Shown one piece after another: positions 48,155 through 57,919 of a DNA stretch of 64,000 nt. The notes under the pieces are model-generated. The model made no database searches and was not told the origin of the DNA. It saw only the letters and a program-made list of their open reading frames with translations. Source of the DNA: a phage; the sequence record PZ179883.1; one strand, written 5' to 3'. The first letter of the stretch is position 1. Each line of letters starts with the position of its first letter. A program made the translations under genes and the position numbers.

Positions 48155-48327
48155 TATCCACATAATACGCCATACAGAGGCTCGTTAGAACTTTTAAATT
48201 TTATGCGCTTATATTTTATAGTTCCTTCTGCTTTAGCTTTATCATGAGACTCTTTAAAGCGTCTCATCATTTCCTCTTTAGAGGAACGAATTTTATTATA
48301 ATCTATTTCAGAAGTCTGGGTGTTCAT
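48154..48327 (-). CDS. Small hypothetical protein (57 aa), not in ORF track
   Basis: Manual translation MNTQTSEIDYNKIRSSKEEMMRRFKESHDKAKAEGTIKYKRIKFKSSNEPLYGVLCG. Confidence 0.3.
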   Translation of the reverse strand: MNTQTSEIDYNKIRSSKEEMMRRFKESHDKAKAEGTIKYKRIKFKSSNEPLYGVLCG

Positions 48328-48330
48328 CTT

Positions 48331-48537
48331 TCATAGTTGCCACCATTTTTTGACTTGATAGGAATCAACCCACACTTTCATATTAGGGTCTGCTCTTACA
48401 ATAGGAGGATTAACTTCTTTAATTGAACTATCATGGTATTCTTTTTCAGAAATTTTCACACAAAGATGACCATTTAAAGATTCAGTAAATCCTGCATTAA
48501 TTTTAAGACGCTTGAATTTTACGTGTGTAAGCATCAA
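48331..48537 (-). CDS. Hypothetical protein (68 aa)
   Basis: ORF. Confidence 0.5.
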   Translation of the reverse strand: MMLTHVKFKRLKINAGFTESLNGHLCVKISEKEYHDSSIKEVNPPIVRADPNMKVWVDSYQVKKWWQL

Positions 48538-48820
48538 TCATATCCTCAATCTGCGATCTAGTAGTCTTCCAAAGAATACTGATGAGTTCATCGTTATATG
48601 GCTGTTTCAGAATATCCCGACTTTTCTTGATAGCATATTCGTATTGAGCAAAATTATTGTTTTCAGCTGCGATCTGAGCGTGCTTATAAAGACGATTCAG
48701 TTCGCGTTTGTTTTTAGACAATAACTTATTTGCTTTTCTTTCTGCTTCAAGACGGTTCTTTTCTTCAATAGAAGAAATAAGCTTTTCCACTTCATCATTA
48801 ATTTCGGGTTTATCAGTCAT
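48503..48820 (-). CDS. Hypothetical coiled-coil protein (105 aa)
   Basis: ORF. Confidence 0.5.
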   Translation of the reverse strand: MTDKPEINDEVEKLISSIEEKNRLEAERKANKLLSKNKRELNRLYKHAQIAAENNNFAQYEYAIKKSRDILKQPYNDELISILWKTTRSQIEDMIDAYTRKIQAS

Positions 48821-48821
48821 A

Positions 48822-49040
48822 TTATTTCTCTAATATAAAATAAAAATCATCATCTGTTAAATGATACCGATAGTTTAATTCTACACCATTAGATTTAAAA
48901 GCGGTATCATACGGATTTTCTGGGTCAATATCAATGTCAAGAGCTAAAACTTCCCTGAGATACATTTTAAGTAAATAGGGAATAGCTTCAACTTCAGGTA
49001 TTTCTTCCAAGAATCCGGAGAGGTTAATCGTTAGCCTCAT
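48822..49040 (-). CDS. Hypothetical protein (72 aa)
   Basis: ORF. Confidence 0.5.
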
Positions 49041-49581
49041 ATAAAAAATCCAAACTAGGAGAATCGTCTACAACACTTTTCTTTTCAGCCCCCGGTGTTC
49101 TATAGGTTGATTCTTCGTAATGCGTCATTTTATCGTAGATGTCTTGAATAAAAGTTTCATCTACTAACGCAACCATATCGTCGTCACGACTGTCATAGAC
49201 ATTGTGAACGAAGTAACTATATTTCTTTGCAACTTCCTTACGTTCTTTTTTAATACGTTGGACGAATGCATTAAAACAAGCTTGAGTTATATATGCATGC
49301 GGGTTTTTATATTTCGTTTCATCAAAATTATGAAGCCCCTTAATAGAAGCTTCTATACCATCTGCAATCATTTCTTGTTTCCAGGATTGGGTGTATCCTG
49401 AAAAGTTGAAACGTTTAGATAAGCCTTCTGCAATAAGCATAATGGCTAATCCGATGGTATCATTCTGACGAACTACTTTATTTGGGTCTTTATTATTTGC
49501 TAATTCTGTTTTCCAATCAATAATAGCTTGTAAAAGCTCTTTATTGTTTACGTAATTATATTTAGGCTTAGTTTCTGACAT
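49024..49581 (-). CDS. 55: Late-transcription sigma factor gp55 (185 aa)
   Basis: Translation [32 protein letters not shown]… matches recalled T4 gp55; start set to the ATG at 49581 (ORF track begins at an upstream GTG). Confidence 0.95.
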
Positions 49582-49659
49582 TTTCACCTCTTAGCTCAAT
49601 TCATAGATCTATTATATCATAATATTTGAAGATCTATCTTAAAGCATAGAGGATATCAG

Positions 49660-49929
49660 TTATCTAAGTAAACAGTATGCTTGGAACACTTTCTCCATCA
49701 TCTTTTTAAATTCATGAATATCTATGTAATGACTAGTTAAATCAGCATGATATAAAAAGTCTAAAAACTTTTCATGTGTGCTAACATATTCACTTTCATT
49801 TAATTCAGAAACATGGCTTTCCCAATATCCAACACCAGTCTTATTTGGGAAAAATGAAATTTTCATATATTGGTCAACATAGAAAATTCCATAATTTTCA
49901 ATAGTAATAGAAATATTAATAAATTTCAT
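49660..49929 (-). CDS. Hypothetical protein (89 aa)
   Basis: ORF in the 55-nrdH interval. Confidence 0.5.
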   Translation of the reverse strand: MKFINISITIENYGIFYVDQYMKISFFPNKTGVGYWESHVSELNESEYVSTHEKFLDFLYHADLTSHYIDIHEFKKMMEKVFQAYCLLR

Positions 49930-50141
49930 ACATTCATCAACTTAGCCGCTTCAAGAGCTGCATCTAGTGAATCAAATTGGTCAACGTATTCAATCAATTC
50001 GCCATAATTAGCGTATAACCACCATTGGCTAAATTCATACTCAAGGATGAATCCATTTCCTTCAATTTGAGTTAAACCAATGCCATTTGTATTTACTTCA
50101 TATCCAGCAAGACGCAAATCGTTAATAAGAGCTTCGTTCAT
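49926..50141 (-). CDS. Hypothetical protein (71 aa)
   Basis: ATGA-coupled ORF. Confidence 0.5.
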   Translation of the reverse strand: MNEALINDLRLAGYEVNTNGIGLTQIEGNGFILEYEFSQWWLYANYGELIEYVDQFDSLDAALEAAKLMNV

Positions 50142-50143
50142 AA

Positions 50144-50470
50144 TTATACCTTAGTAATTTTCAGGTCTGCAAATTTTTTCTTACGTTGATTTTTCATGCG
50201 ACGAATAGTTTTATCGGAAATTTCATGCTTTTGATAAGCTTTAGATTCTACACCAAAAGCTTTAACATCAAATTCTGACAAGATATATTGAACCAACAAT
50301 TCACGGACAGTATTGCGTCCAATCTTCTGATCATTCTGTTTCATCGTCTGATGAAGCTCTTTTTCCCATTTATCCAAAATTTGAGGAGTTACAATATCGC
50401 CTTTTTCTAGCAAAGAAACTACTTTATCATATGCGTAAGAATTGATGGCGTTTTTAATTTGAATAGTCAT
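50144..50470 (-). CDS. Hypothetical protein (108 aa)
   Basis: ORF. Confidence 0.55.
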   Translation of the reverse strand: MTIQIKNAINSYAYDKVVSLLEKGDIVTPQILDKWEKELHQTMKQNDQKIGRNTVRELLVQYILSEFDVKAFGVESKAYQKHEISDKTIRRMKNQRKKKFADLKITKV

Positions 50471-50506
50471 ACATTATCCTCAATTACGTTAAAATTTTAT
50501 TATCCA

Positions 50507-50523
50507 AAAAGGGCCGAAGCCCT
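50507..50523 (-). terminator. Tetraloop hairpin / probable terminator
   Basis: GGGC-CGAA-GCCC preceded on + by an A-run (U-run on - strand). Confidence 0.5.
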
Positions 50524-50723
50524 TAGCTAAACTTTTTGGCACCCTTCCAGCCTTCGTACATCATTGCGACTGACAATGACAAAGCTCCTTCACATGCTGC
50601 ATACTTATTATTCCAGAACCAATTTAGAAAAACTTCATCCTCAATACCATTGTGTTTCATGTTCTGGAAAAATTTGGCGCGTTCTTCAGCAATTCGCTGC
50701 GATAATTTAGATTCAGGATTCAT
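50523..50723 (-). CDS. Hypothetical protein (66 aa)
   Basis: ORF. Confidence 0.5.
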   Translation of the reverse strand: MNPESKLSQRIAEERAKFFQNMKHNGIEDEVFLNWFWNNKYAACEGALSLSVAMMYEGWKGAKKFS

Positions 50724-50939
50724 TTAAATTTCCCAATTACCATTTTCATCAATAAATTTAATCCAGTCATTTACTGACCACTTAGTTGTATCGCCTTTTG
50801 GAGTAGCATTTAAAGTATATAGCCCTTGCTTAAAAAGCATTCGTTTGATATTCATATTTTCCTCAGCTGTAACGATAGCACTCGTTTGATTTACGTTTAG
50901 CAACTCGTTGAGAAATATTATAATCAAAATCATCATCAA
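50724..50939 (-). CDS. Hypothetical protein (71 aa; start uncertain)
   Basis: ORF; the internal ATG at 50855 would avoid overlap with the upstream ORF. Confidence 0.45.
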   Translation of the reverse strand: MMMILIIIFLNELLNVNQTSAIVTAEENMNIKRMLFKQGLYTLNATPKGDTTKWSVNDWIKFIDENGNWEI

Positions 50940-51201
50940 TGTAAACTGATTTTTTCAACTTTCTTACTTCACTACGCAATTGACGATTTAGCTCATCTTT
51001 AACTTCTGAATCAATGCCTTTCATTCTACGCCATTTATCTGAGCGAAAAATGTTTTCAACCATATCTTTATGACTTACACCATCAGGAGCTTTACGCTTT
51101 CCGAAATAGTCATAATCACGAACTTTCAAGTCTTTACGACGATACGTTTTACCCATGGAGTTTAATTTCCTTAGCAACTGAACTAAATACAGCACGATCA
51201 C
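50863..51201 (-). CDS. Hypothetical basic protein (112 aa; start uncertain)
   Basis: ORF; Arg/Lys-rich. Confidence 0.5.
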   Translation of the reverse strand: MIVLYLVQLLRKLNSMGKTYRRKDLKVRDYDYFGKRKAPDGVSHKDMVENIFRSDKWRRMKGIDSEVKDELNRQLRSEVRKLKKSVYIDDDFDYNISQRVAKRKSNECYRYS

Positions 51202-51331
51202 AAATCATCTGTTTATGTAACTTGAGTATAAGATAATAAACTTCAAAACCGTTTACATAAGTAACACGAACAACATTACCATTAATAAAATAATATTGTC
51301 CCTTTTTAATCTCTTTATCAACCACAACCAT
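51149..51331 (-). CDS. Hypothetical protein (60 aa)
   Basis: ORF immediately downstream of an early promoter. Confidence 0.5.
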   Translation of the reverse strand: MVVVDKEIKKGQYYFINGNVVRVTYVNGFEVYYLILKLHKQMICDRAVFSSVAKEIKLHG

Positions 51332-51356
51332 ATCAAATCCTCAAAGGCAATTCATA

Positions 51357-51393
51357 TGTTAATAATACCACAGTTTGAACTTGTTGTAAACAA
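51357..51393 (-). promoter_or_regulatory. T4-type early promoter
   Basis: GTTTAC (rc 51386-51391) and TGGTATTAT. Confidence 0.55.
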
Positions 51394-51471
51394 CTTTGTG
51401 AAAATTATTTTAGGGAATGATAAGAAGTGAATGATAGTTAGAATGGTAATATACAGAATGTGAGAAAGAAA

Positions 51472-51486
51472 GGCCCAGAGGGCCCA
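51472..51486 (-). terminator. Hairpin / probable terminator downstream of nrdH
   Basis: GGCCC-AGAG-GGGCC with preceding A-rich tract on +. Confidence 0.5.
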
Positions 51487-51488
51487 TC

Positions 51489-51797
51489 TTAGTCTTCTAT
51501 GATATCTCTATCATATCCAAGTGAAATGAGAGTTTCTTTGAAATGTTTAATGTTCTTTTGTCTAGAATCATTAATGAAAATGACTGGATAACGAATGTTA
51601 AGAGATGTGAATCCAGCGCGTTTAGCAAGAGATACAATCAGTGGACGATCATACTCAATCTTACCGTTATTTGTAAGAACTTTATAGAAAGTAAAAGGAG
51701 CATTGAGCTCCTTTAGAAGTTTTGTAACTGATTGACATCCAGGACAACGACCTACTTCATCTGGAATTCCATAGACTTCAATCTTATTTTGTTTCAC
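51489..51797 (-). CDS. nrdH: Glutaredoxin-like protein NrdH (102 aa)
   Basis: Redox-active CPGC motif; position between nrdG and 55. Confidence 0.7.
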   Translation of the reverse strand: MKQNKIEVYGIPDEVGRCPGCQSVTKLLKELNAPFTFYKVLTNNGKIEYDRPLIVSLAKRAGFTSLNIRYPVIFINDSRQKNIKHFKETLISLGYDRDIIED

Positions 51798-51799
51798 AA

Positions 51800-52036
51800 C
51801 TATTCCTTACTGAGAGCAGCATTCAGCTTATTAGTAATTTTATCCAGACGCTCATTGAACTCACTAGAAGATAGTCCTTTTTCTGGAGAAATCAAACTAA
51901 TCACGAAAAATATAGCAATAAAAGGAATAAGGAAAATAGCTCCAACTGCCATAAACAAAAAGAATGTTACGGTTGTAAGAAAATCAGCTAAACCTTTACG
52001 AAATTTATACATATTTACCCTTAATTGATTAACCAA
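51800..52036 (-). CDS. Small membrane protein (78 aa)
   Basis: Two hydrophobic segments (TVTFFLFMAVGAIFLIPFIAIFFVISL). Confidence 0.5.
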   Translation of the reverse strand: MVNQLRVNMYKFRKGLADFLTTVTFFLFMAVGAIFLIPFIAIFFVISLISPEKGLSSSEFNERLDKITNKLNAALSKE

Positions 52037-52126
52037 GCATTGATAAGCACTAAACTATATTGCGAATAAAATTCTGGACCAAAATGAAAAATCATATCAT
52101 TTATAGTGTCCATAATATAATTCAAT

Positions 52127-52597
52127 TTAATCATGTTTCCACACCCCATCGGTATTTGACCAAAGTCGCTGATTATCTGATCCTCGCCACAGCTTTTTGG
52201 TCGGAAGATTTTTCTCATACTTCCCATCAATAATAACATCAACATATTTAAGCATTTCTAGTTGTTTAATATCTTCAAATTTATATCCTGTCCACAACCA
52301 AATGCTTTTATTGGGATAAAGATTTTTTACTGTTTGAACAATGCAATGAACAACATCTCGGTTATCAGGATAGAGAGGGTCTCCTCCAGTTATAGTTAAT
52401 CCTTCTATATAATCATTATTCAAACATTCAATTAATTGTTCTAGTGTTTCACCAGTGAATGGAACGCCATTTCTAGCATTCCATGTTGATTTATTATAAC
52501 AACCTTCGCATTTATGCAAACAACCTGTAACGAAAAGAACGACCCTGCATCCAGGGCCATTCACAAAATCGCAGGGATAAAATCTATCGTAATTCAT
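52127..52597 (-). CDS. nrdG: Anaerobic ribonucleotide reductase activase NrdG (radical SAM), 156 aa
   Basis: CxxxCxxC cluster motif GCLHKCEGC; ATGA-coupled to nrdD. Confidence 0.9.
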   Translation of the reverse strand: MNYDRFYPCDFVNGPGCRVVLFVTGCLHKCEGCYNKSTWNARNGVPFTGETLEQLIECLNNDYIEGLTITGGDPLYPDNRDVVHCIVQTVKNLYPNKSIWLWTGYKFEDIKQLEMLKYVDVIIDGKYEKNLPTKKLWRGSDNQRLWSNTDGVWKHD

Positions 52598-54411
52598 TGG
52601 TGTTTAACCCTATGCATGATTTCTTTATTTTTGCCAAGATTAAATCCACGTTCATTCGGATTTCCCAAATAACCACAAGTTCTTCTTATTGTGTTCATCT
52701 TTTTAGGATCAGTTTCTCCACAAATAGAACAAACAAATCCGTTTTCAGTAGGAGTCATTTCATGGGTACTTCCACATGTAAAACATTTATCTACTGGCAT
52801 ATTAACACCAAAATAATCTAAATGTTGTGCAGCATAATCCCATACAGCCTCAAGACCCTTTAGGTTATTTTTCATATCAGGAAGTTCAACATAAGAAATG
52901 TGACCACCTGTCGCAATGAAATGATATGGGGCTTCGCGAGAAATCTTTTCAAATGGAGTAATATTTTCTTCTACTGAAACGTGGAAACTGTTAGTATACC
53001 AGCCTTTATCGGTAACATCTTTTACACTTCCATATTTTTCGGTATCAAGTTTACAGAAGCGATAGCACAGGTTTTCAGCAGGAGTAGAATACAAACTAAA
53101 AGCAAATCCAGTTCTTTCAGTCCACTGCTTAAGACGAGCATTCATTTTAGTTAAAATTTCTTGTCCAATATCACGACCGACAAGAATATTCAATTCGTGA
53201 ATACCGATGTATCCTAGGGACACTGAACTTCTACCGTTTTTAAATAACTCAATTATATCGTCATCAGGTTTAAGACGAACCCCGAATGCACCTTCTTGGT
53301 AAAGAATAGGAGCAACAGTCGCTTTAACTCCTTTTAAGGAACTAATTCTACACATCAATGCTTCAAAACATAAATCCATTCGTTCATTGAACAATTCAGT
53401 AAATTTCTGTTCATTGAACTGTGTTCCAATATAAGAATCTAACGCAATACGAGGAAGATTCAGTGTTACAACGCCAAGATTATTACGTCCATCAAGAATT
53501 TCATTACCAGTCGAATCTTTCCATACACTTAAGAAACTGCGGCAACCCATTGGAGAAACAGGAATAGATGAACCTGTGATAGCTTTATTGTTCTTAGCCG
53601 AAATGATGTCAGGATACATTCTTTTACTTGCACACTCTAGAGCAAGCTGCTTAATATCATAGTTCGGATCGTCTTTATAAAGATTAACACCTTCTTCAAC
53701 GAACATAACAAGCTTAGGGAAAATAGGAGTTATCCCATCACGACCAAGACCTTTAATACGATTTTTCAGAATTGCTTTCTGAATCATTCGTTCAGTCCAG
53801 TCAGTTCCCGTACCAAATGTAATTGTTACAAAAGGCGTTTGTCCGTTTGAACTAAAGAGAGTGTTTACTTCATATTCATAAGCTTGAAATGCATCGTATA
53901 CGTCTTTTTCTGTTTTAGATTGAGCATAATTCAACGCATCAGCGATTTGCCATTTTTCTGCATCCTCAATATGTTTTGCATAGGTGCGTTTAACATAAGG
54001 AGAAAGTACTTTATCTACATTCGCAAAAGTCGTTCCGCCGTATTGATGGGAAGCAACCTGTGCAGTAATTTGTGCCATAATTGCAGTAGCAACGCCAATT
54101 GATTTAGGAGTTTCAATCTGTGCATTACCGAGCTTAAACCCGTTCTCAAGCATTCCTTTTAAATCTACTAAACAGCAATTAGTAAATGGAAGAGCAGGGG
54201 AATAATCAATATCATGGAAATGAATAATTCCGCTTTCATGCGCTTTCATAATAAAAGACGGGACCATATTTTTGGCAATGTGTTTAGACACAATACCAGC
54301 CATAAGGTCCCGTTGAGTTGGAAAAACACGAGAATCTTTATTAGCATTCTCGTTTAAAAGGTCTTTATTAGTTTTATGAATCAATCCTTCAATTTCTTTT
54401 TCAATTGTCAT
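52594..54411 (-). CDS. nrdD: Anaerobic ribonucleoside-triphosphate reductase NrdD, intronless (605 aa)
   Basis: C-terminal glycyl-radical motif RRTCGYLG and CxxC zinc site; continuous 605-aa reading frame. Confidence 0.95.
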   Translation of the reverse strand: MTIEKEIEGLIHKTNKDLLNENANKDSRVFPTQRDLMAGIVSKHIAKNMVPSFIMKAHESGIIHFHDIDYSPALPFTNCCLVDLKGMLENGFKLGNAQIETPKSIGVATAIMAQITAQVASHQYGGTTFANVDKVLSPYVKRTYAKHIEDAEKWQIADALNYAQSKTEKDVYDAFQAYEYEVNTLFSSNGQTPFVTITFGTGTDWTERMIQKAILKNRIKGLGRDGITPIFPKLVMFVEEGVNLYKDDPNYDIKQLALECASKRMYPDIISAKNNKAITGSSIPVSPMGCRSFLSVWKDSTGNEILDGRNNLGVVTLNLPRIALDSYIGTQFNEQKFTELFNERMDLCFEALMCRISSLKGVKATVAPILYQEGAFGVRLKPDDDIIELFKNGRSSVSLGYIGIHELNILVGRDIGQEILTKMNARLKQWTERTGFAFSLYSTPAENLCYRFCKLDTEKYGSVKDVTDKGWYTNSFHVSVEENITPFEKISREAPYHFIATGGHISYVELPDMKNNLKGLEAVWDYAAQHLDYFGVNMPVDKCFTCGSTHEMTPTENGFVCSICGETDPKKMNTIRRTCGYLGNPNERGFNLGKNKEIMHRVKHQ

Positions 54412-54881
54412 TTTAAACTCTTTCTAAGCTGCTTCTTAAATGAAGCTATTAACTGTGTTTTGGTGTCAGATTCATTATATTCAAATCCTCTTTGAAGCAT
54501 CTCGGCCATCATTTCCTCTTTTCCTAAACGAGAAAATTCCTTTGATTTATCTCCAACAAAGTTAGGGTGAATATTGTTTTGGGTGTAATCGGATTTTAAA
54601 TAAGTAAGTAAATTTTCTAACCATTCAAGATAATCAACACCTTGTCCCTTTAAGCCAGAACGATTAAATTTATGTTTCATTTGACCTTCTGCGGCATTGC
54701 AGAGATTACAAAGCAATCCACGTACCTTTCCTGCTTTTGGTCCATTTAATTCATGGTCATGATCAAGATGATTAGCTTGAACATCAGGATTTAGTTCTCG
54801 TTGGCAAATTAAACATTTACCGTTTTGTGCATCATAAAATTTCTGTTTTTCTTCTTTATATAATTTGCCAGTCAATAACAT
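54408..54881 (-). CDS. 49: Endonuclease VII gp49, Holliday junction resolvase (157 aa)
   Basis: Zinc-site CLICQ…CNLCN and catalytic HLDHDH; 157 aa as in T4. Confidence 0.92.
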   Translation of the reverse strand: MLLTGKLYKEEKQKFYDAQNGKCLICQRELNPDVQANHLDHDHELNGPKAGKVRGLLCNLCNAAEGQMKHKFNRSGLKGQGVDYLEWLENLLTYLKSDYTQNNIHPNFVGDKSKEFSRLGKEEMMAEMLQRGFEYNESDTKTQLIASFKKQLRKSLK

Positions 54882-54923
54882 AATAAAACCCTTACCTTAA
54901 ATAGATAAGGGTATTTATTATTT

Positions 54924-55100
54924 TTAAGTATTGTAAAACATTCGATGCAATCGTTTATACTGTCGAATCATCTTTTTAGTAGGACGAGAATAGGTTCCTA
55001 CGCAAGTGGTCATATGAGGGTCCGTAGAATGTCCTTTAATAAAAAGTTTCCAAACCTTACCGCCATTTAACTTTTCAGTATAAACCAATTCGGTTTTCAT
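54924..55100 (-). CDS. Small ORF (58 aa) whose C-terminus duplicates the pin-like gene
   Basis: Manual translation MKTELVYTEKLNGGKVWKLFIKGHSTDPHMTTCVGTYSRPTKKMIRQYKRLHRMFYNT; last 16 aa nearly identical to the 167-aa ORF. Confidence 0.35.
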   Translation of the reverse strand: MKTELVYTEKLNGGKVWKLFIKGHSTDPHMTTCVGTYSRPTKKMIRQYKRLHRMFYNT

Positions 55101-55136
55101 TAAAATGTCCTGTCAGAAAAAGAATTTTGAGTTTTT

Positions 55137-55640
55137 TCAAGTATTATAAAACATTTGATGCAATCGCTTATATTGCCGAATCTTTTGGTCAGAAAAAGAA
55201 ATTTGAGTTTCAAGCCATTCAATGTACTCTGCGGCAGCTTGCATCAGGTTACCTTCATAGCCATCGTTATTTTCTTGCGCAGCTAATTTAGCTAATGCGT
55301 ATGAAATACGTTCACCTTGAAAAGAGGCTTCAGGCTTCTGAACATCTTGGCTAGTTCTCTCTACAACTTCTTCAATTTCGCCATTTTCGACTGATTCAGT
55401 ATTCCACAAGCACCAATACGTAATTGGCTTATCGTAGATGTTAATAATCTTTCCGTCGGAAAGTTCAATTTCAATAATTCCAGTATCAGGTTCTATATCA
55501 TCTTCACATTCTTTTGCAAGTTCACGAACTTTAAAGACAGTACCTGCACTAAGTTCCGGCCAGTAATTACACAGCCCTATATCAACACGATTAATTCTAA
55601 ACCACTTATCTACTGTAATCATGTCCCATCTCCATATCAA
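55137..55640 (-). CDS. Hypothetical protein (167 aa), candidate Pin (protease inhibitor) by position
   Basis: Position upstream of gene 49 as T4 pin; identity not verified. Confidence 0.5.
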   Translation of the reverse strand: MIWRWDMITVDKWFRINRVDIGLCNYWPELSAGTVFKVRELAKECEDDIEPDTGIIEIELSDGKIINIYDKPITYWCLWNTESVENGEIEEVVERTSQDVQKPEASFQGERISYALAKLAAQENNDGYEGNLMQAAAEYIEWLETQISFSDQKIRQYKRLHQMFYNT

Positions 55641-55744
55641 TTAAGTCATTTATCGTTGGTTCATTATATACTGTTTCTTCATCAGTGTAAACCGGTTCTT
55701 CCGGCTCTGGCTCTACAGTTTCCCATCTAGCCGCCCACCAAGGT

Positions 55745-55954
55745 TTAACCCCGAAGCTTATTAAGTTCTTCATAATCAATCCAGGATTCTAATCCTGATG
55801 GCAAATCAGATTCAATTTCCCAAAGAAGTTCTTCAATTTTCTGAAGACGATCTAATTCTTCGGCTGGAATAGTAACCATTGACGGAGTTCTTGATACACT
55901 AATATCGTAAATCATATTTACCCCAGTTTGACCATGCAATCGCCATATTTCCAT
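55745..55954 (-). CDS. Hypothetical protein (69 aa)
   Basis: ORF. Confidence 0.5.
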   Translation of the reverse strand: MEIWRLHGQTGVNMIYDISVSRTPSMVTIPAEELDRLQKIEELLWEIESDLPSGLESWIDYEELNKLRG

Positions 55955-56133
55955 TTAGAAATAGACTTTTCACCATTAGAATAATAAACTTCGAGTTTAG
56001 CACGATTATTTTTAATTTGAATAACCTTGGCTGTCATCAAAGTTCCATACCCGTAATAAACTGCGACTTCATCACCTACATATACCGCGCTTCCGCGGTA
56101 GTCATGGATATAATCAGTTCCTTCGAGCATCAT
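55918..56133 (-). CDS. Hypothetical protein (71 aa)
   Basis: ORF; KOW/SH3-like small beta protein by composition. Confidence 0.5.
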   Translation of the reverse strand: MMLEGTDYIHDYRGSAVYVGDEVAVYYGYGTLMTAKVIQIKNNRAKLEVYYSNGEKSISKWKYGDCMVKLG

Positions 56134-56393
56134 TTAAAATATTCTCGCAGTTGGTCAAATCCACCAATATGACTTCCATCAGGAGCAAATACCTGGGGCA
56201 TTGTCAAGCCGATTTGAGTATCACGACCTAGTTTAGTCAGAAGCTCAGCAATTTTCTCATCATCAAAAACACCTTTTTCCGGCATAATGTTGATAAATTC
56301 AAACGGCTGTTTCTTCACGGTCAAAAGACGTTTTGCATTATCGCAATACACACATTTATGAATGTTGCTATCATAACCATATACTTTAAACAT
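56130..56393 (-). CDS. nrdC: Thioredoxin/glutaredoxin NrdC (87 aa)
   Basis: Redox motif CVYC; 87 aa as T4 NrdC. Confidence 0.85.
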   Translation of the reverse strand: MFKVYGYDSNIHKCVYCDNAKRLLTVKKQPFEFINIMPEKGVFDDEKIAELLTKLGRDTQIGLTMPQVFAPDGSHIGGFDQLREYFK

Positions 56394-56394
56394 A

Positions 56395-56685
56395 TTATTC
56401 CTTAATTCCTAGTACTTGTTTAAAAATCTCGTCATAATCAAGACTTTGGCCCGTTTGTTCTTTATGTTTGTATATAATATCACTTACTTCTGATAGCATA
56501 TTTTTATATGAACGAGTTAAAGCAGATTTAAGCACGCTATATCTATCAGGAAATTTACCATGTTCATTATAATAAGCTATTGCTAATTCACGGACTGCCT
56601 TTTCAGCAGTCTCCATATATTCTTTACGCTTGGTCATTTTCTTCTCGGTTAAATCGGTGTTTGCAATGACGACATTTATATTCAA
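56395..56685 (-). CDS. Hypothetical protein (96 aa; start uncertain)
   Basis: ORF overlapping upstream ORF. Confidence 0.5.
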   Translation of the reverse strand: MNINVVIANTDLTEKKMTKRKEYMETAEKAVRELAIAYYNEHGKFPDRYSVLKSALTRSYKNMLSEVSDIIYKHKEQTGQSLDYDEIFKQVLGIKE

Positions 56686-56941
56686 GCTCTGGTTTACGCC
56701 AGTTAATCAATTGGACCTGTTCAGTACCACATTTTGGGCAGTTCGGAACATTCTTAGAAGCCCTTTCGCGGCGTTCAACCATAACCATAATGGCATCCCA
56801 AGCAGGAGGTTTAAAGTCTAGATCGTCACAGCCATGAATCTTTCCACGCATTTCTAAATCGTCTTCTTCACCAGCCATAATAATTTTAATTAGACTGGAA
56901 TTACTTGAAGCTGCAATATCTTCTAATAAGCGCTTTTTCAT
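56624..56941 (-). CDS. Zinc-ribbon protein (105 aa)
   Basis: CPKCG…CRHC motif at C-terminus. Confidence 0.5.
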   Translation of the reverse strand: MKKRLLEDIAASSNSSLIKIIMAGEEDDLEMRGKIHGCDDLDFKPPAWDAIMVMVERRERASKNVPNCPKCGTEQVQLINWRKPELEYKCRHCKHRFNREENDQA

Positions 56942-57867
56942 TTCAATACCTCAATAGCATTACGTAAACCATTTGCTTTGGCGGTTAAAGCCTTAAGAAC
57001 TTTAGTATGCTCTTCAATCTGTTTTTCAACTTCAATTAAGCGTGTATTAAGATATTCGCGTTCTTCACTCAGGTTATCAATCTTTTCTACTTTAGGTTCT
57101 TTTACAACTGGCTTATATGTATTAGGGTTCTTCAGTTTAATTAGAATGCGTGAACTGTACAGCATTGAACCATTATCTTCGGTTTCGTCATACATTTCCA
57201 CTACGTCCATCATCTCCACCATCGTGCAGAGTTTATAAGACAACGAACGAATAGTTTTGTTGTGCTTATTAATTTCTCTAGCTGTCATGGTGCCGAGATT
57301 ACGTGAGTAATAATAAGGAACCTGGATATTAATTAATACTGATGAACCACCTGGCTTGTGTGTTACTTCATCAGCAATAACCCAGTCCTTAACATGAACT
57401 GTATTTGTACGGTCATCGCCCGCGGTAAATAGTTTACGAGCATGCTTAAAAAGCATATTCACTTGGTCATTGAATTGACAAGCGAATTTATCAGCAAATT
57501 TAGTTTCAGGAATGGTAGATAACCAATCAGCCAAATGGGTCTTTTTAACATCGTTAACAATAGTAAATTCAACCAAATCGGTTATAGATGTCGCAGATTT
57601 AATGAAGCTCGGCTTCATAAAGTTTTTAATGTTATCACTAGCTACAGTAGAAGATAACAGACGAGAACGTTTAAACCATTGAAGCAAATTGCCTAACGAA
57701 TGAGAATAAGCGTTTTGAGTATCTTTACAGATATGATTTTCCTGGCTAACATATTGAAGGAAATCACGAAGAATATTATTAATTACTGCTCTGTGCCCGA
57801 TCTGATAATTACGATGTTTAGTAATAAGACTGTCAAAATAATCAATATAATGTTTACGAGTTTTCAT
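56938..57867 (-). CDS. Hypothetical protein (309 aa), member 1 of a four-gene paralogous array with C-terminal coiled coil
   Basis: Shares (L/M)F(K/R)…A(R/S)(K/R)L motif and a C-terminal heptad-repeat tail with the next three ORFs. Confidence 0.6.
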   Translation of the reverse strand: MKTRKHYIDYFDSLITKHRNYQIGHRAVINNILRDFLQYVSQENHICKDTQNAYSHSLGNLLQWFKRSRLLSSTVASDNIKNFMKPSFIKSATSITDLVEFTIVNDVKKTHLADWLSTIPETKFADKFACQFNDQVNMLFKHARKLFTAGDDRTNTVHVKDWVIADEVTHKPGGSSVLINIQVPYYYSRNLGTMTAREINKHNKTIRSLSYKLCTMVEMMDVVEMYDETEDNGSMLYSSRILIKLKNPNTYKPVVKEPKVEKIDNLSEEREYLNTRLIEVEKQIEEHTKVLKALTAKANGLRNAIEVLK

Positions 57868-57919
57868 GTTCTTCTCACTTAGTTAATGATTTATACTCCG
57901 AGCCATCCTTGGCTTTAAA

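Noticed and set aside
52594-54411. Group I intron in nrdD
   Set aside because: The nrdD frame is uninterrupted and ends with the glycyl-radical motif; no intron core or internal endonuclease ORF seen
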